NCBI GenBank assembly: GCA_017502865.1
Contig: JAFVUD010000005.1
Span: 16,007-80,006 of the forward strand
From: Alphaproteobacteria bacterium
GTDB lineage: Bacteria; Pseudomonadota; Alphaproteobacteria; Rs-D84
DNA length: 64,000 nt
Direction: 5' to 3'
Shown here: piece after piece, positions 45,895 to 54,886 of the stretch
How positions within the stretch are numbered: position 1 is the first letter of the stretch
Layout: each line of letters begins with the position of its first letter
Position numbers and translations under genes: made by a program
The notes under the pieces: model-generated
The model's input: the letters and a program-made list of their open reading frames with translations, nothing else
What the model was told of the DNA's origin: nothing
Databases searched by the model: none

Positions 45895-45923
45895 ATCATA
45901 GAAAATATCCATGTGTGGTGCAA
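45895..45923 (-). promoter_or_regulatory. Sigma70-like promoter (TTGCAC-17-TATGAT) for the 428-aa gene leader
   Basis: Minus-sense TTGCAC at 45923..18 and TATGAT at 45900..45895. This implies a ~200-nt 5' UTR. Confidence 0.55.
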
Positions 45924-45950
45924 TAAAAAAACGCCCCGAACGGGGCGATT
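45922..45950 (-). terminator. Terminator after the coiled-coil gene
   Basis: CGCCCC-GAAC-GGGGCG, with a T-run in minus sense. Confidence 0.8.
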
Positions 45951-47879
45951 TTATTGTAATTGACTTTTTAATACAAAGAATATTTGTCCCAAATCCGTCT
46001 TCATCAGCGTTGCTGCTAATTTATCGGCATTATCGGCTTCCTGGGCACTGGTCAAGATTTTGTCAAAACTACGCACAAATTGTGTTGCCTGGGAACGGAA
46101 TACCGCATCAGACTTTAACATATTGCGTACTTGCTTTTTGTCTGCTGCGTTCAGCATCTTTGCCAACCATTTCGAGAATATGGTTTTGTCGCCTTCGTGA
46201 TGCTTTTTCCAAACAATGTCTGGAATATCTGCACCGGTCGCCCGTGTCAGGTCTTGTGACTGTTCGTGCAGTTTTTCAAACATCTTTTCGCTTTGTGCCA
46301 AGAAATCAGAACTGCTAACACGGCCAAACGATTGTGTTGGTGCGGTCTTAATCGCATCCATTGGTGCAGATGCACGTGCCACCATCATCTGTTTATTTAA
46401 TGTCTGCATTGTGTTCACGGCCTTGGCATAGTCAGACATTAAATCTATCATCTGCTGGCGTGATGTTCCGGCCAAATCTTCTAATTTAATCGCAGATTCA
46501 GAAACCGCATCGGTTGTTTCGTTAACGGTCTGCTTCATCTGGTTAACTTTTTCCGTCAGGCTGGCCACAATCTTTTCCAATTTATCGCTGGTTTCAACTG
46601 AACCATTTGCCAAATCGGGCAGGGCCGCATAATATTTTTCAATCAACACCGACAATGGTTGCAATTGTGCGGTTGTTTCACTGGACATTTTAATCAGGCT
46701 TTCTGACTGTGCCGACAATTGTGTATGTGCTGTGTTCATTTCAATCAGTGTTTCACGCACACCGGTCGCCATTGTCTTAACAGATTCTGAAAATGCGTTT
46801 GCGGCACCCTTGGTATTTTCCAATGTGATGTTTGCAACGCCCGACACTGTTTTCAGTTCAGATACAACATCGGTTGCAAATTCTTTGATTTCTGTATCAA
46901 AATGTTTGGTCAATGTTGCGATTTCGCCGGTGATACCACGGACAGCACCTTCGGTTGTGGTTGCAGATCCCATAATCGTTTCAACTGCATCGGTTAATTT
47001 CTTGGTCTGCTTGTCTATCGAAGATTCTGCCAAACGAACCTGGGCACCGACAACATTCGCAGTATTGGTCAGGGTATTCATCTGGCTGGTCAATTGTTTC
47101 TTTGATTGTTTGCTGAATGTGTCCATCTTTTCCAGATATCCATCCAACAATCTATCGTTGCGAATCATGACTTCTTCATAATTGGCGGCGGCACTTTTTA
47201 CATTACCAAATCCATCTGTGACCGATTTTGCCAATTCACTTAATTTATTCTGCATTGTTTCGGATTCGCCGGTCAGTTCTTTCATCTGGTTTGTGTTCTT
47301 TTCGAATTCTTCGCCCAGGTGTTCAGACAGTGTTTCGCTGGTTTTAATCCATGAATCAATTTGATTTTGAATCTGTGCAGTCTGGTTTGTAGTATTTGCA
47401 GAAGTTGCTTCAACTTTGTTTAATAATTCATTGACTGTATTGCTGAATTTTTCAGTTGAATTTTCAACGTCACTCCATGCGTTTGAATCAACAACCCCCT
47501 GTAAACCACCCAGTGTGTTTTCCAAACGGCCAGACATAGTTGCGATTTTCTTGGTTGCATCATCTGCCATTGCGACCAATTTTTCGTTCTGTTCCCCCAG
47601 GGCGATTTTCAATTCTTCGGCCGATGCGATTTGTGCATTCAGTGTATCCCGCATTGTTTGAAAACTGGATTCTATCTTGTTGATTTCATCTGCCAGTATG
47701 GTTTGCAATACACGTACTGCATCTGCGACCTTGGCACGTTCTGGCCGTGTCATTATCATCAGCAGTGATTGCATAACTTTTTGCGATTTTCTGGACACAA
47801 AAAACAACACGCCCAGTGTAATTACCAACAGGCCGCCCAAAACAGCCCCACCAATCATCAACAGTTCTGTGATTTCCAT
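45951..47879 (-). CDS. N-terminally membrane-anchored long coiled-coil protein (642 aa)
   Basis: One N-terminal TM segment (LLMIGGAVLGGLLVITLGVLFFV), about 450 aa of heptad-like low-complexity sequence, and a conserved-looking C-terminal domain (DIVWKKHHEGDKTIFSKWLAKML...). Confidence 0.65.
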   Translation of the reverse strand: MEITELLMIGGAVLGGLLVITLGVLFFVSRKSQKVMQSLLMIMTRPERAKVADAVRVLQTILADEINKIESSFQTMRDTLNAQIASAEELKIALGEQNEKLVAMADDATKKIATMSGRLENTLGGLQGVVDSNAWSDVENSTEKFSNTVNELLNKVEATSANTTNQTAQIQNQIDSWIKTSETLSEHLGEEFEKNTNQMKELTGESETMQNKLSELAKSVTDGFGNVKSAAANYEEVMIRNDRLLDGYLEKMDTFSKQSKKQLTSQMNTLTNTANVVGAQVRLAESSIDKQTKKLTDAVETIMGSATTTEGAVRGITGEIATLTKHFDTEIKEFATDVVSELKTVSGVANITLENTKGAANAFSESVKTMATGVRETLIEMNTAHTQLSAQSESLIKMSSETTAQLQPLSVLIEKYYAALPDLANGSVETSDKLEKIVASLTEKVNQMKQTVNETTDAVSESAIKLEDLAGTSRQQMIDLMSDYAKAVNTMQTLNKQMMVARASAPMDAIKTAPTQSFGRVSSSDFLAQSEKMFEKLHEQSQDLTRATGADIPDIVWKKHHEGDKTIFSKWLAKMLNAADKKQVRNMLKSDAVFRSQATQFVRSFDKILTSAQEADNADKLAATLMKTDLGQIFFVLKSQLQ

Positions 47880-47964
47880 TCTTTCCCCCGTAACAAATAC
47901 AAGTTATATTCTTGCAGTTCTTTTGAATTTATACTAAAATTGAAACAATAAAGCAAGGGTATAA

Positions 47965-50604
47965 ATGGCACAAAAACAAACTCTTTCACCAGAACAAGAT
48001 TTGGCGGCAAATCCACTGGAAAACGTCTGGGTCCAGGCCAATGCCGGCACCGGAAAAACCAGTGTTTTGGTCCAGCGTTTGCTGCGTATTTTGTTTCGCA
48101 GTGAAAATCTGGGTGCTAATGGCATATTGTGTTTGACATATACTAATGCTGCCGCCGGTGAAATGCGTAATCGTATATTGGCCGCATTACGTAAATGGGC
48201 AATGGCCAGTGATGATGATTTGCGTGAAATGCTGGACGGTGTTGCAGAAAAAAAGCCGGCATCGGCCGGTGATATTGCACGTGCCCGTGAAATATTCTTT
48301 TTCTATATTGATAATCCAGATGTTTTGAAGATAAAAACCATTCATGGTTTCTGTGAAGAAATTTTGCATCGTTTTCCGATTGAAGCAGGGCTGACACCTG
48401 CATGGTCATTAATATCGGACGATGCCCAGCGAATTTTACTTCAAGATACTTTTAACAAATTGATAAATTCGCCGGTCCAGGACACGAAAATCATATCGGC
48501 ATTTGCGCATATTGTCACCAGAATATCCGAAGTGTCCATGCCCGATGTTTTAAAGATATTAAGTGAACAGTATAAACACTTCTTTGGTGTTGATAATCTT
48601 GTTAAGTATCGTGCTTACTTTATTGAAACGACAAAAAAGTTTTTAAATGTTGAAAATCCAATTTTGGACACTGTTGCCCCCGAAAAACTGAAAAAAATCG
48701 TCGAAAGTGCCGAATTTGACCAAAAAAGCCGAAAAAGCCCGGTAAAGTATTTAACAAATGTTATTAACTTTACAAATCAGTACATTGAAAAAACAATAGA
48801 TTTTGAGAAATACAAAATCGCTTATTTGACCGACAAAGGTACCATAAGAAAAGATTTGTTAAAGTGTGAATATCTGCTGGATGAAGCCAATCGTGTCTAT
48901 GAATTGAATCAGTACAATGTGAATCAATTATTGTTCCAAGATACGATTGCATTGTTCGATTTGGCGGCGGCATTCACCAGTGTTTATCGTGAAATGAAAT
49001 CTGCCAAAAATGTATTGGATTTCGAAGATTTGATTTTATATACCCGCAAATTATTTTCTAATCCATCGACTATGGGTTGGGTGCTGTCGCAGTTAGATTT
49101 GTCGCTGTCGCATATTCTGGTGGACGAAGCCCAGGATACATCGCCTGTACAATGGGATATTTTGCGTATGTTGGCCGGCGATTTCTTTGCGGACGGTGAT
49201 ACAGCACACGATGTGCATTCTATGTTTGTAGTGGGTGACACCAAACAGTCTATCTATGGTTTTCAGGGTGCAGACCCACGTGCCTTTGCGGTCAGTCGTG
49301 ATGCAATCGCGGCCCAGATTCAAAATAATATGCGTGCAATTCGTGAAGTGCCACTGGCACAGAGTTTCCGTTCCGCACCCCAGGTCTTGTATGCAGTCGA
49401 TAAATTCTTTGATGATGCAGAATTGGTTGCAAAAACCGGCTTTTCTAATACGAAACATAAATGTTTTTGGAAGAATTTGCAGGGCGTTGTGGAACTAAAT
49501 CGTCTGGTGTCTAAAAAAGAAGACGAAACAACGGTTGATGAATATATAACAGATATTGCATTGCAGATTCGTGACCTGGTTTTGTCTGGCGAATTAAAGC
49601 CATCGGAAATAATGGTTTTGGTGCAAAATCGTCACCCGTTGGCCCCACGTCTGGTCAAGGAATTAAAGCGATTAAATATTGATGTTGCAGGCAGTGATCG
49701 TATCGTTTTGCCAAACTTTTCGGTCGTGCGTGACCTGATGAATTTGACACGTTTTTGTCTGGATGTGACTGATGATTTCAGTTTATGTTGTGTGTTAAAA
49801 AGCCCGATTTATCGTTTGACTGAACGTGATATTTTTGATATTTGCAAAATTAAAAACGATGAAAATAATGTGCGTCGTGCCCAGTCAAAAGACTTTACCC
49901 CAATGACTGTTTTAGACGTTTTGGAAACCACCCATCCAGATATCTATGCGGACCTGGTCCAGATACGTGAATGGGCCGAAACATTATCGCCGTATTCATT
50001 TTATACCAACGTTTTGAATCATAATAACGTTCGAACAAAAATGATTGCGGCATTGGGTAATCAAATTATAGACCCATTGGAAGAATTCTTGACCATATGT
50101 TTGGCATACGAACGTACCCAGCCTGGCACACTGCATCATTTCCTTAAATACTTTGTCACCGGTAACAGTCAAATTAAACGTGACATGGATGCGTCCAGTG
50201 GTGTCCGTGTCGTCACTGTCCATGGCAGCAAGGGTCTGGAAGCCAAGGCTGTATTCTTGATTGATACAACCAACGTTCCGTCCCCAGAAGACATAGTGCC
50301 AATTCCGGGTACAGACAATATGTTCCCTGAACCATGGCTGTGGTCGCCCCGTGCCACGACCAGTGTCCAGCGTGCCATAGCAATTGAACAACAAAAAGAC
50401 GTCGCCATTGCAGAATACTATCGCCTGCTGTATGTGGCGATGACCCGTGCCCGTGAACGTTTGTATATCCATGGATTTACGACCAACAAAACGGCTAACG
50501 AAATATCATGGCACAGCCAACTGTGGCGTGTGTTCCAAACAATACCAAACGCAGACGTAACCCCAGACAGAATCAGGATAACCGATGTCGACCCAAATGC
50601 ATAA
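47965..50604 (+). CDS. addA: AddA-type UvrD/Rep helicase (helicase part only, 879 aa)
   Basis: VQANAGTGKTSVL Walker A, LVDEAQDTSP, VGDTKQSIYGFQGA, VTVHGSKGLEA, YVAMTRARERLYI. It stops before the RecB-type nuclease domain. Confidence 0.85.
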   Translation: MAQKQTLSPEQDLAANPLENVWVQANAGTGKTSVLVQRLLRILFRSENLGANGILCLTYTNAAAGEMRNRILAALRKWAMASDDDLREMLDGVAEKKPASAGDIARAREIFFFYIDNPDVLKIKTIHGFCEEILHRFPIEAGLTPAWSLISDDAQRILLQDTFNKLINSPVQDTKIISAFAHIVTRISEVSMPDVLKILSEQYKHFFGVDNLVKYRAYFIETTKKFLNVENPILDTVAPEKLKKIVESAEFDQKSRKSPVKYLTNVINFTNQYIEKTIDFEKYKIAYLTDKGTIRKDLLKCEYLLDEANRVYELNQYNVNQLLFQDTIALFDLAAAFTSVYREMKSAKNVLDFEDLILYTRKLFSNPSTMGWVLSQLDLSLSHILVDEAQDTSPVQWDILRMLAGDFFADGDTAHDVHSMFVVGDTKQSIYGFQGADPRAFAVSRDAIAAQIQNNMRAIREVPLAQSFRSAPQVLYAVDKFFDDAELVAKTGFSNTKHKCFWKNLQGVVELNRLVSKKEDETTVDEYITDIALQIRDLVLSGELKPSEIMVLVQNRHPLAPRLVKELKRLNIDVAGSDRIVLPNFSVVRDLMNLTRFCLDVTDDFSLCCVLKSPIYRLTERDIFDICKIKNDENNVRRAQSKDFTPMTVLDVLETTHPDIYADLVQIREWAETLSPYSFYTNVLNHNNVRTKMIAALGNQIIDPLEEFLTICLAYERTQPGTLHHFLKYFVTGNSQIKRDMDASSGVRVVTVHGSKGLEAKAVFLIDTTNVPSPEDIVPIPGTDNMFPEPWLWSPRATTSVQRAIAIEQQKDVAIAEYYRLLYVAMTRARERLYIHGFTTNKTANEISWHSQLWRVFQTIPNADVTPDRIRITDVDPNA

Positions 50605-51028
50605 AATTATCCAGACCACAGAACATCAAAAATACGCAACCGATGCCGGTACACGTATGCATAATGCATTGCGTATGATAAAAATAGACGGTGATGCACA
50701 TGCTGGCGATGCGGAAATTATTTCGCATATTTTGAATATGCCGTCTGTGTTACCACTGTTTTCACCCGCCGCCCGAACCGAGGTACCCGTTGCCGGTATC
50801 GTGCGTGGAAAATTTGTTTCCCGTCGTTTTGACAGAATGTTGGTTGATGCGGCGACACATCGTGTATATATTCTGGATTATAAAACAGATACAGATAAAT
50901 CTGTGTTTCGTGATAAATACATTGCCCAGTTGCGTGAATATGTCGAACTGGCCCGGCAAATATACCCAGATTATAAAATATCTGCCATGATTTTGTGGAC
51001 ACATGATTGGACATTAGAATCTGTGTAA
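50585..51028 (+). CDS. RecB/AddA-type PD-(D/E)XK nuclease domain as a separate 147-aa ORF
   Basis: GTRMHNALRMI ... FDRMLVD ... ILDYKTD ... QLREY. It overlaps the helicase ORF by 20 nt in the +1 frame, and AGGA lies 6 nt upstream of its ATG. Confidence 0.7.
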   Translation: MSTQMHKIIQTTEHQKYATDAGTRMHNALRMIKIDGDAHAGDAEIISHILNMPSVLPLFSPAARTEVPVAGIVRGKFVSRRFDRMLVDAATHRVYILDYKTDTDKSVFRDKYIAQLREYVELARQIYPDYKISAMILWTHDWTLESV

Positions 51029-51070
51029 AAATCCTTGAATCCTGTGGGGAAAAACGACTATAATCCCCAT

Positions 51071-52723
51071 ATGCTAGTTGGATTGAATATTACAAACATT
51101 GTATTAATAGAACGACTGAATCTGGAATTCGGGCGTGGGTTAAATATCCTGACCGGTGAAACGGGGGCGGGTAAAAGTATTCTGCTGGACGCACTGTCAT
51201 TGGCACTGGGGGCACGATCTGATGCGGGCCTGGTTCGTCATGGTTGTGACATGGCATCTGTTATTGCAGAATTTGATGATTGTTCACCCGTGCTGGCAGA
51301 TATTCTGGACGAAAATGGCATAGAACATGATTGCGGTGTAATATTGCGTCGTACTTTGTCGGTTGATGGCAAAAGTCGTGCATGGATAAATGATACACCT
51401 GTGTCAATTAAAACACTGAAACAGGTTGGTGATACCCTGGTTGAAATTCATGGCCAGTTTGCAAATCACACATTGTTAAATCAATCTACCCATCGTTCTA
51501 CATTGGATGCGTTTGCAGCGAATAATATTGACGGGTATTCCAATTTACTGTCATCTGTGCGTTCTGCATACAATGAATATCATACGGCCCAAAATCGTTT
51601 GACTGAATTACAGGAATTATTAGATCGCAGCATTGCCGAACGTGAATTCTTGGAACATAATGTGGCCGAATTGCGTGCGTTGAATCCCCAACCCGGCGAA
51701 GAAGACGAATTGTCCACACGTCGCAGTGCAATGATGAACGCAGAAAAGAATGCTGCAATCTTGACCGATGCGCTGGAAGTGTTATCGAACCGTGGCAACT
51801 CGCTGGATGGGCAAATATTTAATGCCGCCCATGTTTTACAGCGTATTAAAACCGACCCAAATCCATACAGCGAACAAATTGATAAACTGTACCAGGCGGC
51901 TGAAATTGTGTCGTCTGTAATTGGCGAACTGGAACCCGAAAGCACAGATATCGATGATATGGATTCCATCGAAGAACGTCTGTTTGCAATCCGTGCCGCG
52001 GCCCGCAAGCATCGTGTTGCGGCCGATGAATTGCCGACAAAGTTGGCCGAAATGACGGACCAGTTAAACGCAATCGACAATTCGGATGCTGAATTAAAGA
52101 AACTGCACACGGTTGTTGCAAATGCCCGTGCAACATTTAATAAATTTGCATCTGATTTAACATCGGCCCGTGCCGCCGCCGCAAATTCATTACGTGAAAA
52201 GATTTTGGCCGAATTGCCAGAATTAAAATTGGGTTCTGCAGACTTTATGGTTGAATGTGTTGCCGGTACCCCATCTGCCCACGGTATGGACGAAATTACA
52301 TTTATGATTAAAACAAATCCGGGATCACCATTTGCACCGCTGCATCGTGCAGCGTCTGGGGGTGAATTGGCTCGCTTAATGTTGGCGTTGCGTGTGGTGT
52401 TGGCTGGAACCGAAAATGCACACACATTCGTCTTTGACGAAGTTGACACAGGCATCAGTGGTGCCACCGCATCAGCAGTTGGTGCACGCCTGGGTCGTTT
52501 GGCAAAATCTGGCCAGGCCCTGGTTATTACCCATTCTGCCCAGGTTGCAGGCTATGCCGACCGTCATTTCAAAATTGCAAAATCTGTCACAGACGACAAA
52601 ACCACAACCAGTGTAACGGAAATAGGGCCCGACGAACGTGTTAATGAAATCGCACGCATAATCAGTGGTGCCGAAATAACACCAGAATCCATTACAATGG
52701 CAAAAACACTTATCAAAGGATAG
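51071..52723 (+). CDS. recN: DNA repair protein RecN
   Basis: MLVGLNITNIVLIERLNLEF..GETGAGKSI and C-terminal SGGELARLMLAL, FDEVDTGISG. The ATG at 51071 is preferred over the TTG at 51035. Confidence 0.95.
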   Translation: MLVGLNITNIVLIERLNLEFGRGLNILTGETGAGKSILLDALSLALGARSDAGLVRHGCDMASVIAEFDDCSPVLADILDENGIEHDCGVILRRTLSVDGKSRAWINDTPVSIKTLKQVGDTLVEIHGQFANHTLLNQSTHRSTLDAFAANNIDGYSNLLSSVRSAYNEYHTAQNRLTELQELLDRSIAEREFLEHNVAELRALNPQPGEEDELSTRRSAMMNAEKNAAILTDALEVLSNRGNSLDGQIFNAAHVLQRIKTDPNPYSEQIDKLYQAAEIVSSVIGELEPESTDIDDMDSIEERLFAIRAAARKHRVAADELPTKLAEMTDQLNAIDNSDAELKKLHTVVANARATFNKFASDLTSARAAAANSLREKILAELPELKLGSADFMVECVAGTPSAHGMDEITFMIKTNPGSPFAPLHRAASGGELARLMLALRVVLAGTENAHTFVFDEVDTGISGATASAVGARLGRLAKSGQALVITHSAQVAGYADRHFKIAKSVTDDKTTTSVTEIGPDERVNEIARIISGAEITPESITMAKTLIKG

Positions 52724-52726
52724 GTT

Positions 52727-53137
52727 ATGAAAGAATTCACGGTAATTGAAAATTTGGGTGTACATGCATTTCACCAAGATTTGAATGTTCGCAGACCAGA
52801 CAACACCGAATTAAAAACAGTTGTTGGTCGCAGTATGCCTGTGTTCAAAGCTGGCGATAAAATCAAAATCTATGAATCAAACAGCAAGTATTTACCCATC
52901 GAATTGGCACGTTCATACAAATTAAATGGCCGCAGATATATCGATTTGCAAATGCACCCCAGGACGGATTCTGGTATTGCAAAAATCTATAAAGATTTGT
53001 CTTTTTTTGATGCGGTTCGATTGAATTGGGATATTGTCCAGGCTTTGTGTCAACGCAGAATAATGCCCACATTAAGCAAGTATACAAACATGCGATTGTT
53101 TCTGGCTGAATTGCCAATGTGGGACAAAACCCATTAA
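52727..53137 (+). CDS. Hypothetical protein (136 aa) immediately downstream of recN
   Basis: 3-nt gap after the recN stop, and a terminator follows. No motif was recognised. Confidence 0.45.
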   Translation: MKEFTVIENLGVHAFHQDLNVRRPDNTELKTVVGRSMPVFKAGDKIKIYESNSKYLPIELARSYKLNGRRYIDLQMHPRTDSGIAKIYKDLSFFDAVRLNWDIVQALCQRRIMPTLSKYTNMRLFLAELPMWDKTH

Positions 53138-53164
53138 AAACGCCCCGTTTGGGGCATTTTTTTA
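53136..53164. terminator. Bidirectional terminator between convergent genes
   Basis: GCCCC-GTTT-GGGGC flanked by an A-run and a T-run. Confidence 0.8.
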
Positions 53165-54394
53165 TAATTCTACAACACCGTCGGCGAATTCAATGCTCTT
53201 TGGTGTGCCTGCACCTGTGTTGCTGATGATTTTGTTGTTTGCATCACGTACAATGGCGTATCCACGGCTTAAAACACTTTTGTATGACAGTGATTGCAGC
53301 ATTTGTCCCAAATACCCCACAGACTGGTTTAACGCATTCATTCTGTTTTGTAAAATTGTGGGGAACGTCGCAACAATGTCCATCTTTTGCCGTGCGTTAA
53401 CCAACTTGGCATTAATTATGACCCCCATTGTCCGCCCCAGGTCGTCTAAACGTTGTGCGTGCTCCATGATTAACTGGCGTGGGCTTTTAATGGTAATCGA
53501 TTCAATCCGTTGCTTTGCGTTGACCAATCGTGTGGTAAAAGACCCGCTTAATCTGTGCCACATATTATCGATTTCCTGGCTTAATGCCAATTTTGTCGGC
53601 ACAACCATTTCTGCGGCACCGGTTGGTGTTGGTGCACGCACGTCTGCGGCAAAGTCAATCAGCATCCAGTCTGGTTCGTGTCCAACCCCAGAAATCAATG
53701 GTATCTGGCTGGCTGCGGCGGCCCGTACAACGATTTCTTCGGAAAATGGCAACAGGTCTTCCAGTGCACCACCACCACGTGCCACAATAATAACATCTAC
53801 GTTCTTGGCCCGGTTAAAATACTCGATACCGGCGGCAACCTCGGCTGCGGCGGTTGCACCCTGAACTGTGGCCGGGTACAGCAACACATGAACTGGGAAT
53901 CTTTCACGTAATCTGTTTTGAATATCTTGGAATGCAGCACCGGTTGGGCTGGTCACAACCCCAATGCGTGTCGGCAGGTACGGCAAAGGTTTCTTTCTGC
54001 TTTGGTCGAACAATCCTTCGGCGGCCAACTTTTGCTTGCGTTCTTCCAGCATTTTCAATATGGCCCCAACGCCGGCCATTTCAATTTCGCTGACAATCAA
54101 TTGGTAATTACTGCGGGCAGGGTACGTTGTAAATTTCCCACGAACTATAACCTCCATCCCTTCTTCTAACTTAAACGACAACGGTGTGCCACGCCAGATA
54201 ATAACCGAAATTGCTGCCCCAGAATCTTTGATAGTCATATACATATGGCCCGATGCCGCCCGTGTAATTTGCGACAGTTCACCACGGATTTTAATATTTG
54301 GGAATGCCGTTTCCACCACCCCCTTTAACAGGGCTGATGCATCTGTCACACTGAAAATAGTATCCGGTTTAACGAATGGTTCTGGCTTTTGCAT
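53162..54394 (-). CDS. xseA: Exodeoxyribonuclease VII large subunit
   Basis: 410 aa. OB-fold N-terminus (VSDASALLKGVVETAFPNIKIRGELS), VTSPTGAAFQDI and ARGGGALEDL. Confidence 0.9.
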   Translation of the reverse strand: MQKPEPFVKPDTIFSVTDASALLKGVVETAFPNIKIRGELSQITRAASGHMYMTIKDSGAAISVIIWRGTPLSFKLEEGMEVIVRGKFTTYPARSNYQLIVSEIEMAGVGAILKMLEERKQKLAAEGLFDQSRKKPLPYLPTRIGVVTSPTGAAFQDIQNRLRERFPVHVLLYPATVQGATAAAEVAAGIEYFNRAKNVDVIIVARGGGALEDLLPFSEEIVVRAAAASQIPLISGVGHEPDWMLIDFAADVRAPTPTGAAEMVVPTKLALSQEIDNMWHRLSGSFTTRLVNAKQRIESITIKSPRQLIMEHAQRLDDLGRTMGVIINAKLVNARQKMDIVATFPTILQNRMNALNQSVGYLGQMLQSLSYKSVLSRGYAIVRDANNKIISNTGAGTPKSIEFADGVVEL

Positions 54395-54883
54395 TTATCG
54401 ATCCATTTTGTTATTCAGCCCCAGTGCATCCATAAAACGCAATGCACTTTGGTTTTCATTTTTGTTTAATGTCACTGGCCGCCCCAGGAAATAAGCCACC
54501 TGAATCCCAGAATGTGTGTATTGGTCTTCGGTTAAATCAAAGACGGTCTTGCTGGGCATATGCATCAAATAGTGGTGCGGGCCATACGTCCACATTTCAT
54601 TAATGTACATTAATTGCCATTCTTTGTCGCCCATCAGTTTAGAAAACGCATAACTGGATGATTTACAGAACCCATCTGCATCATATGTAAACACGTCGAT
54701 GTCGCCATCTAAATCCGGTGCAAACGTAGCCAGTTTTACATCACGGTTCTTGAAACTGTTGCGGAACAACAGCGTGAATCGCTTTGCTTTTCGTAATTCT
54801 TCTTTGTCCAGCCCCATGCTTTCCAGTTTTCGCATCAGGCGACTGGTTGCACGTGAATAAAATTCTTCTTTTTCTGGTCTCAT
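54395..54883 (-). CDS. Hypothetical protein (162 aa) between tsaD and xseA
   Basis: Tightly packed in the operon, with 0-nt and 3-nt gaps. No motif was recognised. Confidence 0.5.
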   Translation of the reverse strand: MRPEKEEFYSRATSRLMRKLESMGLDKEELRKAKRFTLLFRNSFKNRDVKLATFAPDLDGDIDVFTYDADGFCKSSSYAFSKLMGDKEWQLMYINEMWTYGPHHYLMHMPSKTVFDLTEDQYTHSGIQVAYFLGRPVTLNKNENQSALRFMDALGLNNKMDR

Positions 54884-54886
54884 GCT

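Noticed and set aside
50590-50596. CCCAAAT (C CCA AAT in the helicase frame) as a -1 programmed-frameshift heptamer joining the AddA helicase and nuclease ORFs.
   Set aside because: The nuclease ORF is in the +1 frame relative to the helicase, not the -1 frame. A -1 slip would not join the two ORFs.
51580-52467. Long antisense ORFs opposite housekeeping genes: 51580-52467 (recN), 53193-53864 (xseA), 54882-55870 (tsaD), 42260-42871 and 41649-42080 (rpoD), 21521-22168 (obg), 5204-5860 (flavoprotein), 44892-45458, and 46732-47181.
   Set aside because: Each lies opposite a gene with unambiguous family motifs. Their translations are Ser/Ala/Ile-rich, low-complexity and motif-free, which is typical of shadow ORFs.
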